From an uncultured Thiotrichales bacterium (GTDB lineage Bacteria; Pseudomonadota; Gammaproteobacteria; UWMA-0217), in NCBI GenBank assembly GCA_964613895.1, contig CAZTJP010000003.1:1-34612 (forward strand): a stretch of DNA of 34,612 nucleotides. Direction: 5' to 3'. The translations under genes were made by a program, and so were the position numbers. A model generated the notes under the pieces. It was not told the DNA's origin. It saw nothing but the letters and a program-made list of their open reading frames with translations, and did not search any database. Shown in pieces: positions 1 through 13,099 of the stretch; position 1 is the stretch's first letter; the number at the start of each line of letters is the position of its first letter.

Positions 1-124
1 CTGGCGTTCGCGACCGAGGGCTGCGCAGGCGTAGTCGACACTACGTCGAGCAGCCCGACCGAGTGAACGACAGTCAGCGCGCCGCATTGGGCGGCCGCAG
101 CCGTGATCCTGTGAGAAATGCGGG
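1..124 (+). repeat. Palindromic MITE-like element, copy 1 (5' part cut by window edge)
   Basis: Colinear with 19824-19947 without gaps (8 mismatches in 124 by manual count); right end GAGAAATGCGGG at 113-124, followed by CTAG at 125-128. Confidence 0.93.
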
Positions 125-919
125 CTAGCCCGGGTTTTTCATATCGAAAACACGCCACTTTCTTTTTGCAGTGATTTCAGTCACTGACTGAACAACATAC
201 CGGTTCAGAAAGATGATGCTGCTGATTCGTCTGCATGGACTGAACCCGGCTTTCTCCATGGCTCTCATCGACGGGGTGTTATCGGGCGCACAACTGGTGT
301 ATATCGAGTCATGATCGCGTGCTTCGGTGAGGTAATGCGTAATTGCAACCAGCACGCTAGGAAAGATTCCCCGGCCCCGCCATGCCTCGATCGTTTCGCA
401 ATTTCCGATCAGGGGCACTTTCGGATCGAGGCCAAGCAGATGCTTGTAACTGCTTCGATAGAACGCATAGGAATGGTGAATCACGCGGCCTTCATGATCA
501 AGCACGGCGAATAACAGATCATCCTTGTAGAGCTGCGCCCGGTACTGGGCATCTTCAAGCGCGAACAACTGCTGATGAACCTCTGGCTCCAGGCTGTCTG
601 GAGGTCGATCCGCCCCAACCCGACATAATGTCAGATCCGGAAAATCAGCTAACCCGGGTTTCTCGCAGGGCCGCGCAGCGAGGCCGCTCAGCGCGCCGCA
701 TTGGGCGGCCACAGTCGTGATTCCGCGAGAAATCCGGGCTAATCCTGCCCGCTTCGACTCAGGCTTCCAGTGATAAACGACATCGCGTTGCAGACGCAAC
801 AAGCGTCCAGCCATGAACAGCAGGAACTTGCGAACACCGCGTTTACGCCAGACAGTAACGAGTCGCTGAAAGATTGCCGCAAGGCTGGTCGCCGAATGCA
901 CGCTGGATTCTGACTTCAT
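125..919 (-). CDS. GNAT-family N-acetyltransferase carrying a 30-aa repeat-derived insertion
   Basis: 264-aa ORF with acetyl-CoA motif A-like 'CETIEAWRGRGIF' and C-terminal 'DNTPSMRAMEKAGF'; contains repeat copy 2; start codon uncertain. Confidence 0.72.
   Translation of the reverse strand: MKSESSVHSATSLAAIFQRLVTVWRKRGVRKFLLFMAGRLLRLQRDVVYHWKPESKRAGLARISRGITTVAAQCGALSGLAARPCEKPGLADFPDLTLCRVGADRPPDSLEPEVHQQLFALEDAQYRAQLYKDDLLFAVLDHEGRVIHHSYAFYRSSYKHLLGLDPKVPLIGNCETIEAWRGRGIFPSVLVAITHYLTEARDHDSIYTSCAPDNTPSMRAMEKAGFSPCRRISSIIFLNRYVVQSVTEITAKRKWRVFDMKNPG
653..738 (+). repeat. Palindromic MITE-like element, copy 2 (internally deleted, 86 bp), inside GNAT CDS
   Basis: Ends CCCGGGTTTCTC (653-664) and GAGAAATCCGGG (727-738); CTAA direct repeat at 649-652 and 739-742 (90 bp apart). 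Confidence 0.92.
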
Positions 920-983
920 CGGTCAGATAGACCGGCTTTTCAGGCAAAGGTTGCACGCCATGCCGGGGTCTGCCGTACATCAC

Positions 984-1045
984 AGCCAACCCGCCAGGTT
1001 TGGCAGGATTATTCGACCGTGACGCTTTTGGCCAGGTTTCTCGGC
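984..1045 (-). other. attTn7-type site (3' end of glmS and downstream insertion point), apparently unoccupied
   Basis: glmS ends in the conserved PRNLAKSVTVE whose coding DNA is the TnsD recognition region; no tns genes seen downstream within the window. Confidence 0.5.
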
Positions 1046-2841
1046 TGATCGACGTCGGTTCCCTTGAGTATCGCTGTGTGATAGGACAATAGCTGTAGGT
1101 AAACGACATTGACCACCGGCTCGACGATCGGCGGCGTGGATTCGATATCGACGACAGTCACCTGTTCATCGCTTTCGAAACCGGCTCCGGCTTCTGCAAA
1201 TATATAGAGTTTTCCACCCCGCGCCCTGACTTCCTCGAGATTCGACTTGAGTTTCTCTGCCAGATCGTTGGAAGGCGCCACCGCGATGACGGGCATGTTT
1301 TCATCGACCAGCGCCAATGGACCGTGTTTGAGTTCACCGGCCGGATAGGCTTCTGCATGGATATAGGATATTTCCTTGAGCTTGAGCGCCCCTTCCATGG
1401 CAATGGGATACTCGATTCCACGTCCCAGAAAGAGGGCGTGATCCTTGTCCACGAACTCGTTGCAGAGCGATTCGATTTCGGCGTCCTTGGCGAGAGCCCG
1501 TTCGACCAACGCGGGCAACTGGCTCATGGCGGAGACGATTTCGGCGCGTTTGCCAGCTGCCATTCCGTGATGCTTGGCAACCGCAGTGACCAGTTGCAAC
1601 AGACAGACGAGTTGGGTCGTGAAAGCCTTGGTGGAGGCAACGCCTATTTCCGGACCTGCCTGGGTCATCATCACCAGATCAGACTCACGCACCAGTGAAC
1701 TCTCGGGGACATTGCAGATCGCCAAAGAGGCGAGATAGCCACTTTCCTTCGCCTGCATCAGCGCTGCCAGCGTGTCGGCGGTTTCACCCGACTGTGAAAT
1801 CGTCACGAACAGGCAGTCATCCGGCACGACATGCGGTCGATAACGGAATTCGCTCGCCACTTCGACCTGGCAGGCGGTATCCGCCAGCGATTCGAACCAG
1901 TATTTGGCGCACAATCCGGCATGATAGCTGGTGCCACAAGCCACGATCTGGATATTGCGAACCCGCTCGAAGATCTGCGACGCTTCCATGCCGAATGCAC
2001 GGTCGAGTACATCATCTTGACTGATCCGCCCTTCCAGCGTCTCGGCAATGGCGTTGGGCTGTTCGTAGATCTCCTTTTGCATGAAGTGCTTGAACTGACC
2101 ACGCTGCACCGAGCTGTCATTCTGTGTCGAAGTTTTCGTTTCGCGCTCGATCGGCTTGAGATCCTGATCGAACAATGCAACTTCTCCACGGGTGATGCGA
2201 CCAATGTCACCGTTCTCGAGATAGATGAAATTATGGGTGACTGGCAACAGGGCCTGAATATCCGAGGCAATGAAATTTTCCTGTATACCGAGTCCGATGA
2301 CCAACGGACTGCCTTCACGCGCGACGACCAGTGTTTCCGGCTTATCGGCCGCGATGACGCCCAGCGCATAGGCGCCCTTGAGATCCTGGGTCGCCTGCTG
2401 GACCGCTTTCAACAGATCACCGTGTTCGCGGTAATAAAGACTGATCTGATGAACGATGACTTCGGTGTCGGTTTCGGAGGTGAACGAAAAGCCCTGCGCC
2501 TTTTGCTGCTCGCGCAGTTCCTCGAAGTTTTCGATGATGCCATTGTGCACCACCGCCACACGGCGATCGCAGATATGTGGATGTGCGTTTTGCTCACTGG
2601 GCACACCATGGGTTGCCCAGCGTGTATGGGCAATGCCCAGTCCGCCCGGCAATGGCTCGTTGTCGAGTGCCGCTTCGAGTTCAGCAACCTTGCCAACACG
2701 CCGGTAGCGTGCCAGTCCACCATCAGCATTGACGATGGCCATGCCCGAAGAGTCATAGCCGCGGTATTCCAGGCGCTTGAGACCTTCCAGCAGGATGGGA
2801 TAGACATCGCGTTGAGCGACGCCGCCTACGATTCCACACAT
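1009..2841 (-). CDS. glmS: Glutamine--fructose-6-phosphate aminotransferase
   Basis: N-terminal MCGIVG, HTRWATHG, ELKHGPLAL, C-terminal PRNLAKSVTVE; 610 aa; follows glmU. Confidence 0.99.
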   Translation of the reverse strand: MCGIVGGVAQRDVYPILLEGLKRLEYRGYDSSGMAIVNADGGLARYRRVGKVAELEAALDNEPLPGGLGIAHTRWATHGVPSEQNAHPHICDRRVAVVHNGIIENFEELREQQKAQGFSFTSETDTEVIVHQISLYYREHGDLLKAVQQATQDLKGAYALGVIAADKPETLVVAREGSPLVIGLGIQENFIASDIQALLPVTHNFIYLENGDIGRITRGEVALFDQDLKPIERETKTSTQNDSSVQRGQFKHFMQKEIYEQPNAIAETLEGRISQDDVLDRAFGMEASQIFERVRNIQIVACGTSYHAGLCAKYWFESLADTACQVEVASEFRYRPHVVPDDCLFVTISQSGETADTLAALMQAKESGYLASLAICNVPESSLVRESDLVMMTQAGPEIGVASTKAFTTQLVCLLQLVTAVAKHHGMAAGKRAEIVSAMSQLPALVERALAKDAEIESLCNEFVDKDHALFLGRGIEYPIAMEGALKLKEISYIHAEAYPAGELKHGPLALVDENMPVIAVAPSNDLAEKLKSNLEEVRARGGKLYIFAEAGAGFESDEQVTVVDIESTPPIVEPVVNVVYLQLLSYHTAILKGTDVDQPRNLAKSVTVE

Positions 2842-2842
2842 A

Positions 2843-4213
2843 TCAGTTTTTCCTCTTGCTCGGGCGTTTCCAGGTTTCTACCGTGACCTGTTTTGCACGC
2901 GCCAGATTGAGCGTTTCGGCGGGCGCATCTCTGGTAATGGTCGAGCCAGCGCCAATCGTGGCGCCATCCTCGATGACGACTGGCGCCACCAGCGCCGTAT
3001 TGGAGCCGACGAATACGTCGTTGCCGATCGTGGTCTGGTGTTTGTTGACCCCGTCATAATTGCAGGTGATCGTGCCGGCGCCGATATTGGTATGCTCGCC
3101 AATACGCGTATCGCCGATATAGCTGAGGTGGTTGACCTTGCTGCCGGATCCCACTTCGGATTTTTTCACTTCGACGAAGTTACCAACCTTGGCGTTCTCA
3201 TGAAGCACAGCCTCGGGGCGCAGACGAGCGAATGGCCCGACACTGCATCCGCTTTCAACACGCGCGTTCTCGATCACGCAGTTGGGCTCGATGGTGACGT
3301 TATCACCAATCCTGCTGTTGACGATCACACAATTGGGGCCGATACGAACGTTGTTTCCCAGTTCGACCTCACCTTCGAACAGGCAGTTGAAGTCGATAAA
3401 TACGTCCTTGCCCACCACCAGTTTGCCACGCAGGTCGAAGCGGTGCTTGTCCGCCAGGGTGACGCCCTGCTTCATCAGGTTTTCTGCCTGTTCGAGCTGA
3501 TAGCTGCGCTCGAGTTCGTTGAGCTGTTGCTTGTCGTTCACGCCGGCCACCTCCGATAACGCTTGTGCCTGAATACCGATAACGGCACCGCCCTCCGCGA
3601 TACAGGCTTCGATACAATCGGTTAGATAATACTCGCCCTGGGCGTTGTCGTTATTGAGCGCATTCAAATATCGGGACAGGTCTTCCCGCATCGCACAGAC
3701 GATACCGGTATTGCCCTCGGTGATCGCCAGTTCAGCGTCACTGGCATCCTTTTGCTCGACGATTTTGCGAATGGCGCCCGACTCGTCCCGGACGATCCGG
3801 CCATAACCCTGTGGATCGTCGAGCTCGACGGTGACCAGATTCATGCGACCTGCCGATATCCCTTCGGTTGCCCGGCGCAGGGTTTCCTCCCGGATCAGCG
3901 GCACATCGCCATACAGCACCAGCACCTTGTCGGACTGAACCTTGGGCATAGCCGCCTGCACGGCATGACCGGTACCCAGCTGTTGTTCCTGCAGCGCCCA
4001 GTCAAGGTTGGCGCCATTGACGCTGTCACGTACCTGATCGGCGCCATGCCCCACCACGACCACGACTTCCTGAGGGTCGAGTCGCGTCGCAGTATCGACG
4101 ACGTGTTGCAACAGCGCCCGGCCTGCCAGTGGGTGCAAGACTTTCGGCAGGGAAGAACGCATTCTGGTGCCCTGACCGGCCGCAAGCACTATGATTGCCA
4201 GTGATTCGTTCAT
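2843..4213 (-). CDS. glmU: Bifunctional UDP-GlcNAc pyrophosphorylase / glucosamine-1-phosphate N-acetyltransferase
   Basis: LAAGQGTRM, YGDVP, EYYLTD, hexapeptide repeats, GAGTITCNYDG; ATG at 4213 preferred over TTG at 4216. Confidence 0.98.
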   Translation of the reverse strand: MNESLAIIVLAAGQGTRMRSSLPKVLHPLAGRALLQHVVDTATRLDPQEVVVVVGHGADQVRDSVNGANLDWALQEQQLGTGHAVQAAMPKVQSDKVLVLYGDVPLIREETLRRATEGISAGRMNLVTVELDDPQGYGRIVRDESGAIRKIVEQKDASDAELAITEGNTGIVCAMREDLSRYLNALNNDNAQGEYYLTDCIEACIAEGGAVIGIQAQALSEVAGVNDKQQLNELERSYQLEQAENLMKQGVTLADKHRFDLRGKLVVGKDVFIDFNCLFEGEVELGNNVRIGPNCVIVNSRIGDNVTIEPNCVIENARVESGCSVGPFARLRPEAVLHENAKVGNFVEVKKSEVGSGSKVNHLSYIGDTRIGEHTNIGAGTITCNYDGVNKHQTTIGNDVFVGSNTALVAPVVIEDGATIGAGSTITRDAPAETLNLARAKQVTVETWKRPSKRKN

Positions 4214-4309
4214 CAAAAAAACCGTGATAGCGTTCTATTAGACAGGAAAATCAGAAAAGTTCCCTACCTGTCCGCGTCAGACCGGTTGATTCTACAATGG
4301 CGCTTCAAC

Positions 4310-4336
4310 AAAAAAGGCAGCCAGATGCTGCCTTTT
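4310..4336 (-). terminator. Rho-independent terminator after atpC (potentially bidirectional)
   Basis: AAAAGGCAGC-CAGAT-GCTGCCTTTT stem-loop; U-run on the - strand; about 35 bp downstream of the atpC stop. Confidence 0.8.
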
Positions 4337-4370
4337 CCCAATCCGTCACAAAAACTGCCCGTGTTTGCGA

Positions 4371-4796
4371 TCAACGGCCCTTTTTACGCAATTTCTGGAG
4401 CATCTCCAGCTGGGCGGCTGCCGCCAGCAATTCTACCTTAACCTTGGCATAGTCCATGTCGCTGTCGAGATCCTTAAGTGCTTCTTCGGCGCGTTGCTTG
4501 GCTTCCAGCGCGGCGGCTTCATCGAGATCATCCGCCCGCATGCCACTGTCTGCAAGGACCGTCACCACATGGGGCTGGACCTCGAGAATGCCGCCGGAGA
4601 CGAAGATCGACTCCATCTCGCTCTTGCCCTCCGGCTTGACCCGAACCTCCCCTGGCTTCAGACGGGTGACCAGCGGCGTATGCCGGGGCAGAATGCCCAC
4701 CTCACCCATCTCGGCCGGTGCGTACACTGCCTCCACCGTTCCGGAGAAAATCTCGCCTTCGGCGCTGACGACATCCACATGCATGGTCATGGCCAT
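4371..4796 (-). CDS. atpC: ATP synthase F1 epsilon subunit
   Basis: [22 protein letters not shown]; 141 aa; last gene of the atp operon. Confidence 0.98.
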   Translation of the reverse strand: MAMTMHVDVVSAEGEIFSGTVEAVYAPAEMGEVGILPRHTPLVTRLKPGEVRVKPEGKSEMESIFVSGGILEVQPHVVTVLADSGMRADDLDEAAALEAKQRAEEALKDLDSDMDYAKVKVELLAAAAQLEMLQKLRKKGR

Positions 4797-4808
4797 AATA
4801 CTGCCTCT

Positions 4809-6221
<1,413 letters not shown>

Positions 6222-6247
6222 CTAAATCCTGTAACCATCCAACCCGA

Positions 6248-7105
6248 TCAGACCGCTGCGGCGCCACTGACGATTTCCGACAATTCCTGCGTGATCGCCG
6301 CTTGTCTCGCCTTGTTGTAATCGAGCTGCAATTCATTGATCAGATCGCCGGCATTGTCCGAGGCGGCTTTCATTGCCACCATACGCGCCGACATCTCGCA
6401 GGCAATATTTTCGACGACAGCCTGATAGACCAGCGATTCGATATAACGTGTCAACAGTCCGTCGAGCACTTCTTTGGAATCGGGTTCATAGATGTAATCC
6501 CAGTAATGGGTCAACTGCTCATCGTCCGCAGGTTCCACCGGAATCAGCTTCGACACATGGGGCGTCTGGGTCATCGAGTTGACGAACTCGTTTTCCGCCA
6601 GATACAGCGCATCGATCTCCCCTTCCAGATAAGCGTCGAGCATGACTTTGATCACACCGATCAGGTCTTCGACGTGAGGGGTGTCACCCAGATGGCTGGT
6701 GACCGCGCGAACATTACCGAGCCGTTTGAAAAATCCCTCGGCCTTGGAGCCGATCAGACACAGATCGACATCGACGCCTTTTTGTTCCCATTCGGACATC
6801 GCGTTGACTGCCTGCTTGAACAGGTTGATGTTCAAACCACCACACAAGCCCCGATCGGTCGAGACAATGATGTAACCGACTCGTTTCGGATCACGATCTT
6901 CAAGGAACGGATGGCGGTATTCGGGATGAGCCAGCGCCAGATGACTGATGACGTTGCGCATTTTCTGCGCATAGGGTTTGCTCGCCTCCATGCGATCCTG
7001 CGCCTTGCGCATCTTGCTCGCGGCGACCATTTCCATCGCCTTGGTGATCTTCTGCGTATTCTTGACGCTCTTGATCTGGGTCCGGATTTCCTTTGCGCCA
7101 GCCAT
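6248..7105 (-). CDS. atpG: ATP synthase F1 gamma subunit
   Basis: [28 protein letters not shown]. Confidence 0.99.
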   Translation of the reverse strand: MAGAKEIRTQIKSVKNTQKITKAMEMVAASKMRKAQDRMEASKPYAQKMRNVISHLALAHPEYRHPFLEDRDPKRVGYIIVSTDRGLCGGLNINLFKQAVNAMSEWEQKGVDVDLCLIGSKAEGFFKRLGNVRAVTSHLGDTPHVEDLIGVIKVMLDAYLEGEIDALYLAENEFVNSMTQTPHVSKLIPVEPADDEQLTHYWDYIYEPDSKEVLDGLLTRYIESLVYQAVVENIACEMSARMVAMKAASDNAGDLINELQLDYNKARQAAITQELSEIVSGAAAV

Positions 7106-7111
7106 CAGTGA

Positions 7112-8653
7112 TCACCAGCTGCCATTGGCCTTGAAGTCTTCGATCGCCTTGCTCATTGCCTTGGCGATTTCGTCATTGAAATCACCACTTTCATTGATCT
7201 GCTCGAGCAGCCCGGCATGCTCCGATTTCAGGTAACTCTGCATTGCAGCTTCGAAAGCAACGATCTTCTTGGGATCGACATCATCGAGGTAACCCTCGTT
7301 CGCGGCGTGCAGCGAGAAAGCCATTTCAGCCACCGACATCGGTGAATACTGATTCTGTTTCATCAGTTCGGTAACCCGTTCGCCCCGCTCCAGCTGTTTG
7401 CGCGTAGCCTCATCCAGATCGGAAGCAAACTGCGAGAATGCCGCCAACTCACGATATTGCGCCAGTGCCAGACGAACACCGCCACCAAGCTTCTTGATGA
7501 TCTTGGTCTGGGCCGCGCCACCCACGCGCGAGACCGACAGGCCGGCATTGATGGCGGGACGAATCCCTGCGTTGAACAAGTCACTCTCAAGGAAAATCTG
7601 ACCGTCCGTAATCGAGATCACATTGGTCGGAACGAAAGCCGACACGTCACCCGCCTGGGTTTCGATGATCGGCAAGGCGGTCAAGGAACCTGTCTTGCCC
7701 TTGACCTTGCCACCGGTCGCCTTCTCGACAAAATCGGCGTTGACCCGTGCGGAACGCTCGAGCAGACGCGAATGGAGATAAAACACATCACCGGGATAGG
7801 CTTCCCGGCCCGGCGGACGGCGCAACAGCAATGAAACCTGACGATAGGCCCAGGCCTGTTTGGTGAGATCGTCATAGATGATCAGTGCATCCTCGCCCCG
7901 ATCGCGGAAAAACTCACCCATCGAGCAGCCCGCATACGGTGCAATGTATTGCATCGCGGCGGACTCTGCAGCCGTGGCTGCAACCACGATGGTGTGCTCC
8001 ATTGCATCGAATTCCTCCAGCTTGCGAACCACATTCGCAACCGAGGAGGCTTTCTGGCCAACAGCGACGTAGATACATTTCACGCCGGTGCCTTTCTGAT
8101 TGATGATTGCGTCGATCGCCACGGCGGTCTTGCCCGTCTGCCGGTCACCGATGATCAACTCACGCTGGCCGCGTCCGATCGGTACCATCGAGTCGATGGC
8201 CTTGAGGCCGGTCTGAACCGGCTGATCGACCGATTGCCGTTCGATGACACCCGGTGCAATCTTCTCAATGGTACTGCTCTCGGAAGTCTCGATCGGGCCC
8301 TTGCCATCGATCGGATTGCCAAGCGAATCGACCACTCGGCCAAGCAAGGCGTCACCGACCGGTACTTCGAGAATCCGACCGGTACATTGCGCCTTGTCGC
8401 CCTCCTTGATGTGCTTGTAGTCACCCAGAATGACGGCGCCGACCGAATCACGTTCCAGGTTCAGTGCCATGCCATAGGTGTCTCCCGGAAATTCGATCAT
8501 TTCACCGGACATGACATCGGCAAGGCCATGAATACGGACGATGCCATCGGTCACGCTCACCACGGTGCCTTCGGTGCGCGCTTCGGCGACAGCCTCGAAA
8601 TCGGCGATGCGCTTTTTGATCAGATCGCTGATCTCAGTTGGATTCAATTGCAT
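7112..8653 (-). CDS. atpA: ATP synthase F1 alpha subunit
   Basis: [28 protein letters not shown]; 513 aa. Confidence 0.99.
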   Translation of the reverse strand: MQLNPTEISDLIKKRIADFEAVAEARTEGTVVSVTDGIVRIHGLADVMSGEMIEFPGDTYGMALNLERDSVGAVILGDYKHIKEGDKAQCTGRILEVPVGDALLGRVVDSLGNPIDGKGPIETSESSTIEKIAPGVIERQSVDQPVQTGLKAIDSMVPIGRGQRELIIGDRQTGKTAVAIDAIINQKGTGVKCIYVAVGQKASSVANVVRKLEEFDAMEHTIVVAATAAESAAMQYIAPYAGCSMGEFFRDRGEDALIIYDDLTKQAWAYRQVSLLLRRPPGREAYPGDVFYLHSRLLERSARVNADFVEKATGGKVKGKTGSLTALPIIETQAGDVSAFVPTNVISITDGQIFLESDLFNAGIRPAINAGLSVSRVGGAAQTKIIKKLGGGVRLALAQYRELAAFSQFASDLDEATRKQLERGERVTELMKQNQYSPMSVAEMAFSLHAANEGYLDDVDPKKIVAFEAAMQSYLKSEHAGLLEQINESGDFNDEIAKAMSKAIEDFKANGSW

Positions 8654-8665
8654 AACTTGTTCCTC

Positions 8666-9202
8666 TTAGCGGGACAGTGCGGTAGCCGCTTTCGCCAGCC
8701 GGCCCTTGAGTGATCCATCGATCACCAGGTCGCCTGCGCGAATGATGGCGCCGCCCATCAGGCTTTCATCAATTCGGGTAGTGATTTTCACGTCGCGGCC
8801 AAAACGCTTTTTCAAGGAGTCAGCGATCGCCTTTTCCTGATCGGCATCGATTGCCATCGCCGAGACCACTTCAGCCTCGACCACGCCTTCGGCTTCATCC
8901 TTCTGGCGCTCGAACAGTGCCGCAATCTCGGGCATCAGCGTCAGCTTGCCATTCTCGGCCAGCAACCGAACCAAATTGACTCCATGACTGTCGAGCCCAT
9001 CGCCACAAATCTCGGCGACGATATCGGCAATGGCCTGCTTGCTCAGGCGCGGATTGTCGATCACCGGCTGCATGGCAGGATCGGTTACCACCCCGGCCAG
9101 AAAGTTCAGCTGCTTGTCCCAGGCATCGACAGCGTTCTGTTCACGAGCGAACTCGAACAGGGCGCGAGCGTAGGGACGGGCTGCGGTAATGAGTTCCGAC
9201 AT
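8666..9202 (-). CDS. atpH: ATP synthase F1 delta subunit
   Basis: ARPYARALF N-terminus, GGAIIRAGDLVIDGS; 178 aa; operon position. Confidence 0.98.
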   Translation of the reverse strand: MSELITAARPYARALFEFAREQNAVDAWDKQLNFLAGVVTDPAMQPVIDNPRLSKQAIADIVAEICGDGLDSHGVNLVRLLAENGKLTLMPEIAALFERQKDEAEGVVEAEVVSAMAIDADQEKAIADSLKKRFGRDVKITTRIDESLMGGAIIRAGDLVIDGSLKGRLAKAATALSR

Positions 9203-9215
9203 AATCTACGCCGCC

Positions 9216-9686
9216 CTAGATCTGTGAGACCAGTTCATCGAGCACTTCCTTGTGGGCCTCGGCATTGATCTCCCGGCCCAGGATTTTTTCTGCACCCGCA
9301 ATGGCGAGGCCGGAAACCTCCTTGCGAAGCGTCTCCTTGGCGCGATTGACTTCCTGCTCGATCTCCGCCTGCGCTGCCGTCCGAATCCTGGCACCCTCTT
9401 CCTGCGCGGATGCCTTGGCTTCGTCGATGATCTCACCTGCTCTGCGCTCGGCTTTGGCCAGAATCTCGCTGGCTTGCTGCTTGGCTGCCTTGAGATCCTC
9501 TTTGGCGCGTTCTTCCGCCAGCTGCTGCTCGTGCTTGCCACGCTCAGCCGCTGCCAGGCCGTCCGCAATCTTTTCCTTGCGTTCCTCCATGGCACGGATC
9601 AACGGCGGCCATACATATTTCATGCAGAACCAGACGAAGAAAAAGAAACTGATGGTTTGGCCGATCAACGTAAGATTGATATTCAT
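9216..9686 (-). CDS. atpF: ATP synthase Fo subunit b
   Basis: [10 protein letters not shown]...FCMKYVWPP transmembrane segment plus coiled coil; 156 aa. Confidence 0.98.
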   Translation of the reverse strand: MNINLTLIGQTISFFFFVWFCMKYVWPPLIRAMEERKEKIADGLAAAERGKHEQQLAEERAKEDLKAAKQQASEILAKAERRAGEIIDEAKASAQEEGARIRTAAQAEIEQEVNRAKETLRKEVSGLAIAGAEKILGREINAEAHKEVLDELVSQI

Positions 9687-9728
9687 ACGCTACGTCCGTC
9701 CTCGTGTTGAATGACTTTTACGGGCGTA

Positions 9729-9998
<270 letters not shown>

Positions 9999-10066
9999 TC
10001 AAAACTGTAAACGGCTGGTGCAGCTGTCCCTGCCGGTCGGACGACAACCGGCCCCGTCCGCGACGA

Positions 10067-11321
<1,255 letters not shown>

Positions 11322-11423
11322 TACAGTGAAACGGCGGCGATTATAAAGAGCGCGGGATGAACGGTCAACAAAAGCTTATGTCCGGCAGGCTGGTGCAATC
11401 GCCACATGCCGTCACCGAAATGA

Positions 11424-12281
11424 TCACTTTCGGATCTGTTCGAGAATACCGTCGAGTTCGTCGAGACTGTTATAGGAGATCACCAGTTTGCCCTTGCCAC
11501 GGTTGTTGTAATCGACCCGGACGGTGGCGCCCAGTTGCCTGGAAAGCTCCTGTTCGAGCCGTTCGACATCGGGTGATCTGGCCTTTTTGCCGGCACGGCC
11601 GGAAGGCTTGCCCGCAAGACCTTTGACGTAATGTTCGGTTTCCCGCACCGATAGCTGACGGGCCACGACATGTCTCGCAGCTGCTTCCTGCTCATGCCCC
11701 TTGAGCGCCAGCAAGGCGCGCGCATGACCCATCTCGAGCGACCGCTCGTCGAGTAATTGCCGGGTGGCCGGCGCCAGTTCCAACAGCCGCAGCAGATTCG
11801 TGACTGCCGCCCGTGAGCGCCCGACGGCTTCCGCCGCGCCCTGGTGCGTCAAGCCGAACTCATCGATCAGCCGGTTGAGGGCTTCCGCTTCCTCCAGCGG
11901 GTTGAGATCTTCCCGCTGGATATTCTCGATCAGCGACATGGCGGCGACCGCCTGGTCGGGAATTTCCTTGATCACCGCGGGAATGGTATCCAGTGCGGCG
12001 ATTTGGGCCGCCCGCCAACGGCGTTCGCCCGCGATCAGTTCGTAGCCGTCACCCTTTGGGCGTACCACTACCGGCTGTACCACGCCCTGGGCCCGAATCG
12101 ATTCGGCCAGTTCCTCGAGCCGGTGCTGATCGAAATGCCGGCGTGGCTGATAAGGCCCCCGCTGAACCTTGTCGAGCGGCACCTCACGCAGGGAATTTTC
12201 CGCCGGATCCTGCCGTGTGCGTGAAGTACTGCTGAGCAATGCGTCGAGGCCACGTCCCAGTCCGGGTTTTTTTCTTGCCAT
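11424..12281 (-). CDS. parB: Chromosome partitioning protein ParB/Spo0J
   Basis: LGRGLDALL, IAGERRWRAA, ENIQREDL, HTH 'GRSRAAVTNLLRLL'; ATG at 12281 preceded by GGAGG. Confidence 0.97.
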   Translation of the reverse strand: MARKKPGLGRGLDALLSSTSRTRQDPAENSLREVPLDKVQRGPYQPRRHFDQHRLEELAESIRAQGVVQPVVVRPKGDGYELIAGERRWRAAQIAALDTIPAVIKEIPDQAVAAMSLIENIQREDLNPLEEAEALNRLIDEFGLTHQGAAEAVGRSRAAVTNLLRLLELAPATRQLLDERSLEMGHARALLALKGHEQEAAARHVVARQLSVRETEHYVKGLAGKPSGRAGKKARSPDVERLEQELSRQLGATVRVDYNNRGKGKLVISYNSLDELDGILEQIRK

Positions 12282-12283
12282 CG

Positions 12284-13099
12284 TCAACCTCCGTTCGAAC
12301 CGACTCGCGGACCGGCAGCCATTTTGCCTTCCTGACGTCTGAGTATTTCACCCGCCAGCGCCAGATAGGCCAGTGATCCGCGTGAGGCGCGATCGTAATG
12401 CAAGACCGGCCGGCCGTGACTCGGTGCTTCGGCGAGCCTGACATTGCGCGGAATGATGGTGTTGTACACCCGGTCACCAAAGTATTCGATCAGTTGATCG
12501 GAGACATCGTTCGACAGGTTGTTGCGCGGGTCGAACATGGTACGCAACAGTCCTTCGACTTCGAGATCCGGATTGACGGATTCTCGCAGTTCTTCGACGG
12601 TGCGCATCAGAGCGCTCAAGCCTTCCAGCGCATAGTATTCGCACTGCATGGGAATGAGCACACCTTGCGCGGCGACCATTGCATTGACCGTCAGCATGTT
12701 GAGTGAAGGCGGACAGTCGATGATGACGAAATCGTAGTCCAGATCGGTGTTCTGAAGCGCCTTCTTCAATTTGAATTCCCGCCCGAACATGCTCACCAGC
12801 TTGACTTCGGCTACGGTCAGATCGCTGTTGGCGGGCAGTAGGTCGAAGTGAGCCTGCTCGATGGGCACCATCGCTTCTGCCACTGTGGCATCACCCAGCA
12901 GGACATCGCAGACCGAGATCTCCAATGCCAGCTTGTCGATCCCGCAGCCCATGGTAGCGTTGCCCTGCGGATCCATGTCGATCAACAGCACCCGGCGACG
13001 GGTCGCGGCCAGTGAGGCAGCGAGGTTGACACTGGTCGTGGTTTTGCCAACCCCACCTTTCTGGTTGGCGACAGCGAGTATCTTGCAGTCAGGTTTCAT
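12284..13099 (-). CDS. parA: Chromosome partitioning ATPase ParA/Soj
   Basis: NQKGGVGKTT deviant Walker A, DPQGN, DCPP, IPRNVRLAEAPS. Confidence 0.97.
   Translation of the reverse strand: MKPDCKILAVANQKGGVGKTTTSVNLAASLAATRRRVLLIDMDPQGNATMGCGIDKLALEISVCDVLLGDATVAEAMVPIEQAHFDLLPANSDLTVAEVKLVSMFGREFKLKKALQNTDLDYDFVIIDCPPSLNMLTVNAMVAAQGVLIPMQCEYYALEGLSALMRTVEELRESVNPDLEVEGLLRTMFDPRNNLSNDVSDQLIEYFGDRVYNTIIPRNVRLAEAPSHGRPVLHYDRASRGSLAYLALAGEILRRQEGKMAAGPRVGSNGG

Noticed and set aside
647-745. Repeat as an integron attC site
   Set aside because: Copy 2 has an AAC at its left edge, but right ends read GCTAG/GCTAA/GCCAG rather than GTTRRRY, copies flank core genes rather than cassettes, and no intI is present.
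960-1008. TGT about 25 bp downstream of the glmS stop as a Tn7 end
   Set aside because: Position fits, but no repeated TnsB-binding sites or tns genes are visible; a 3-bp match is not evidence.
1831-2886. Long antisense ORFs (also 5109-6320, 13964-14917, 24892-26046, 28590-29630)
   Set aside because: Shadow frames opposite well-conserved genes, expected from codon bias in GC-rich DNA; no recognisable motifs.
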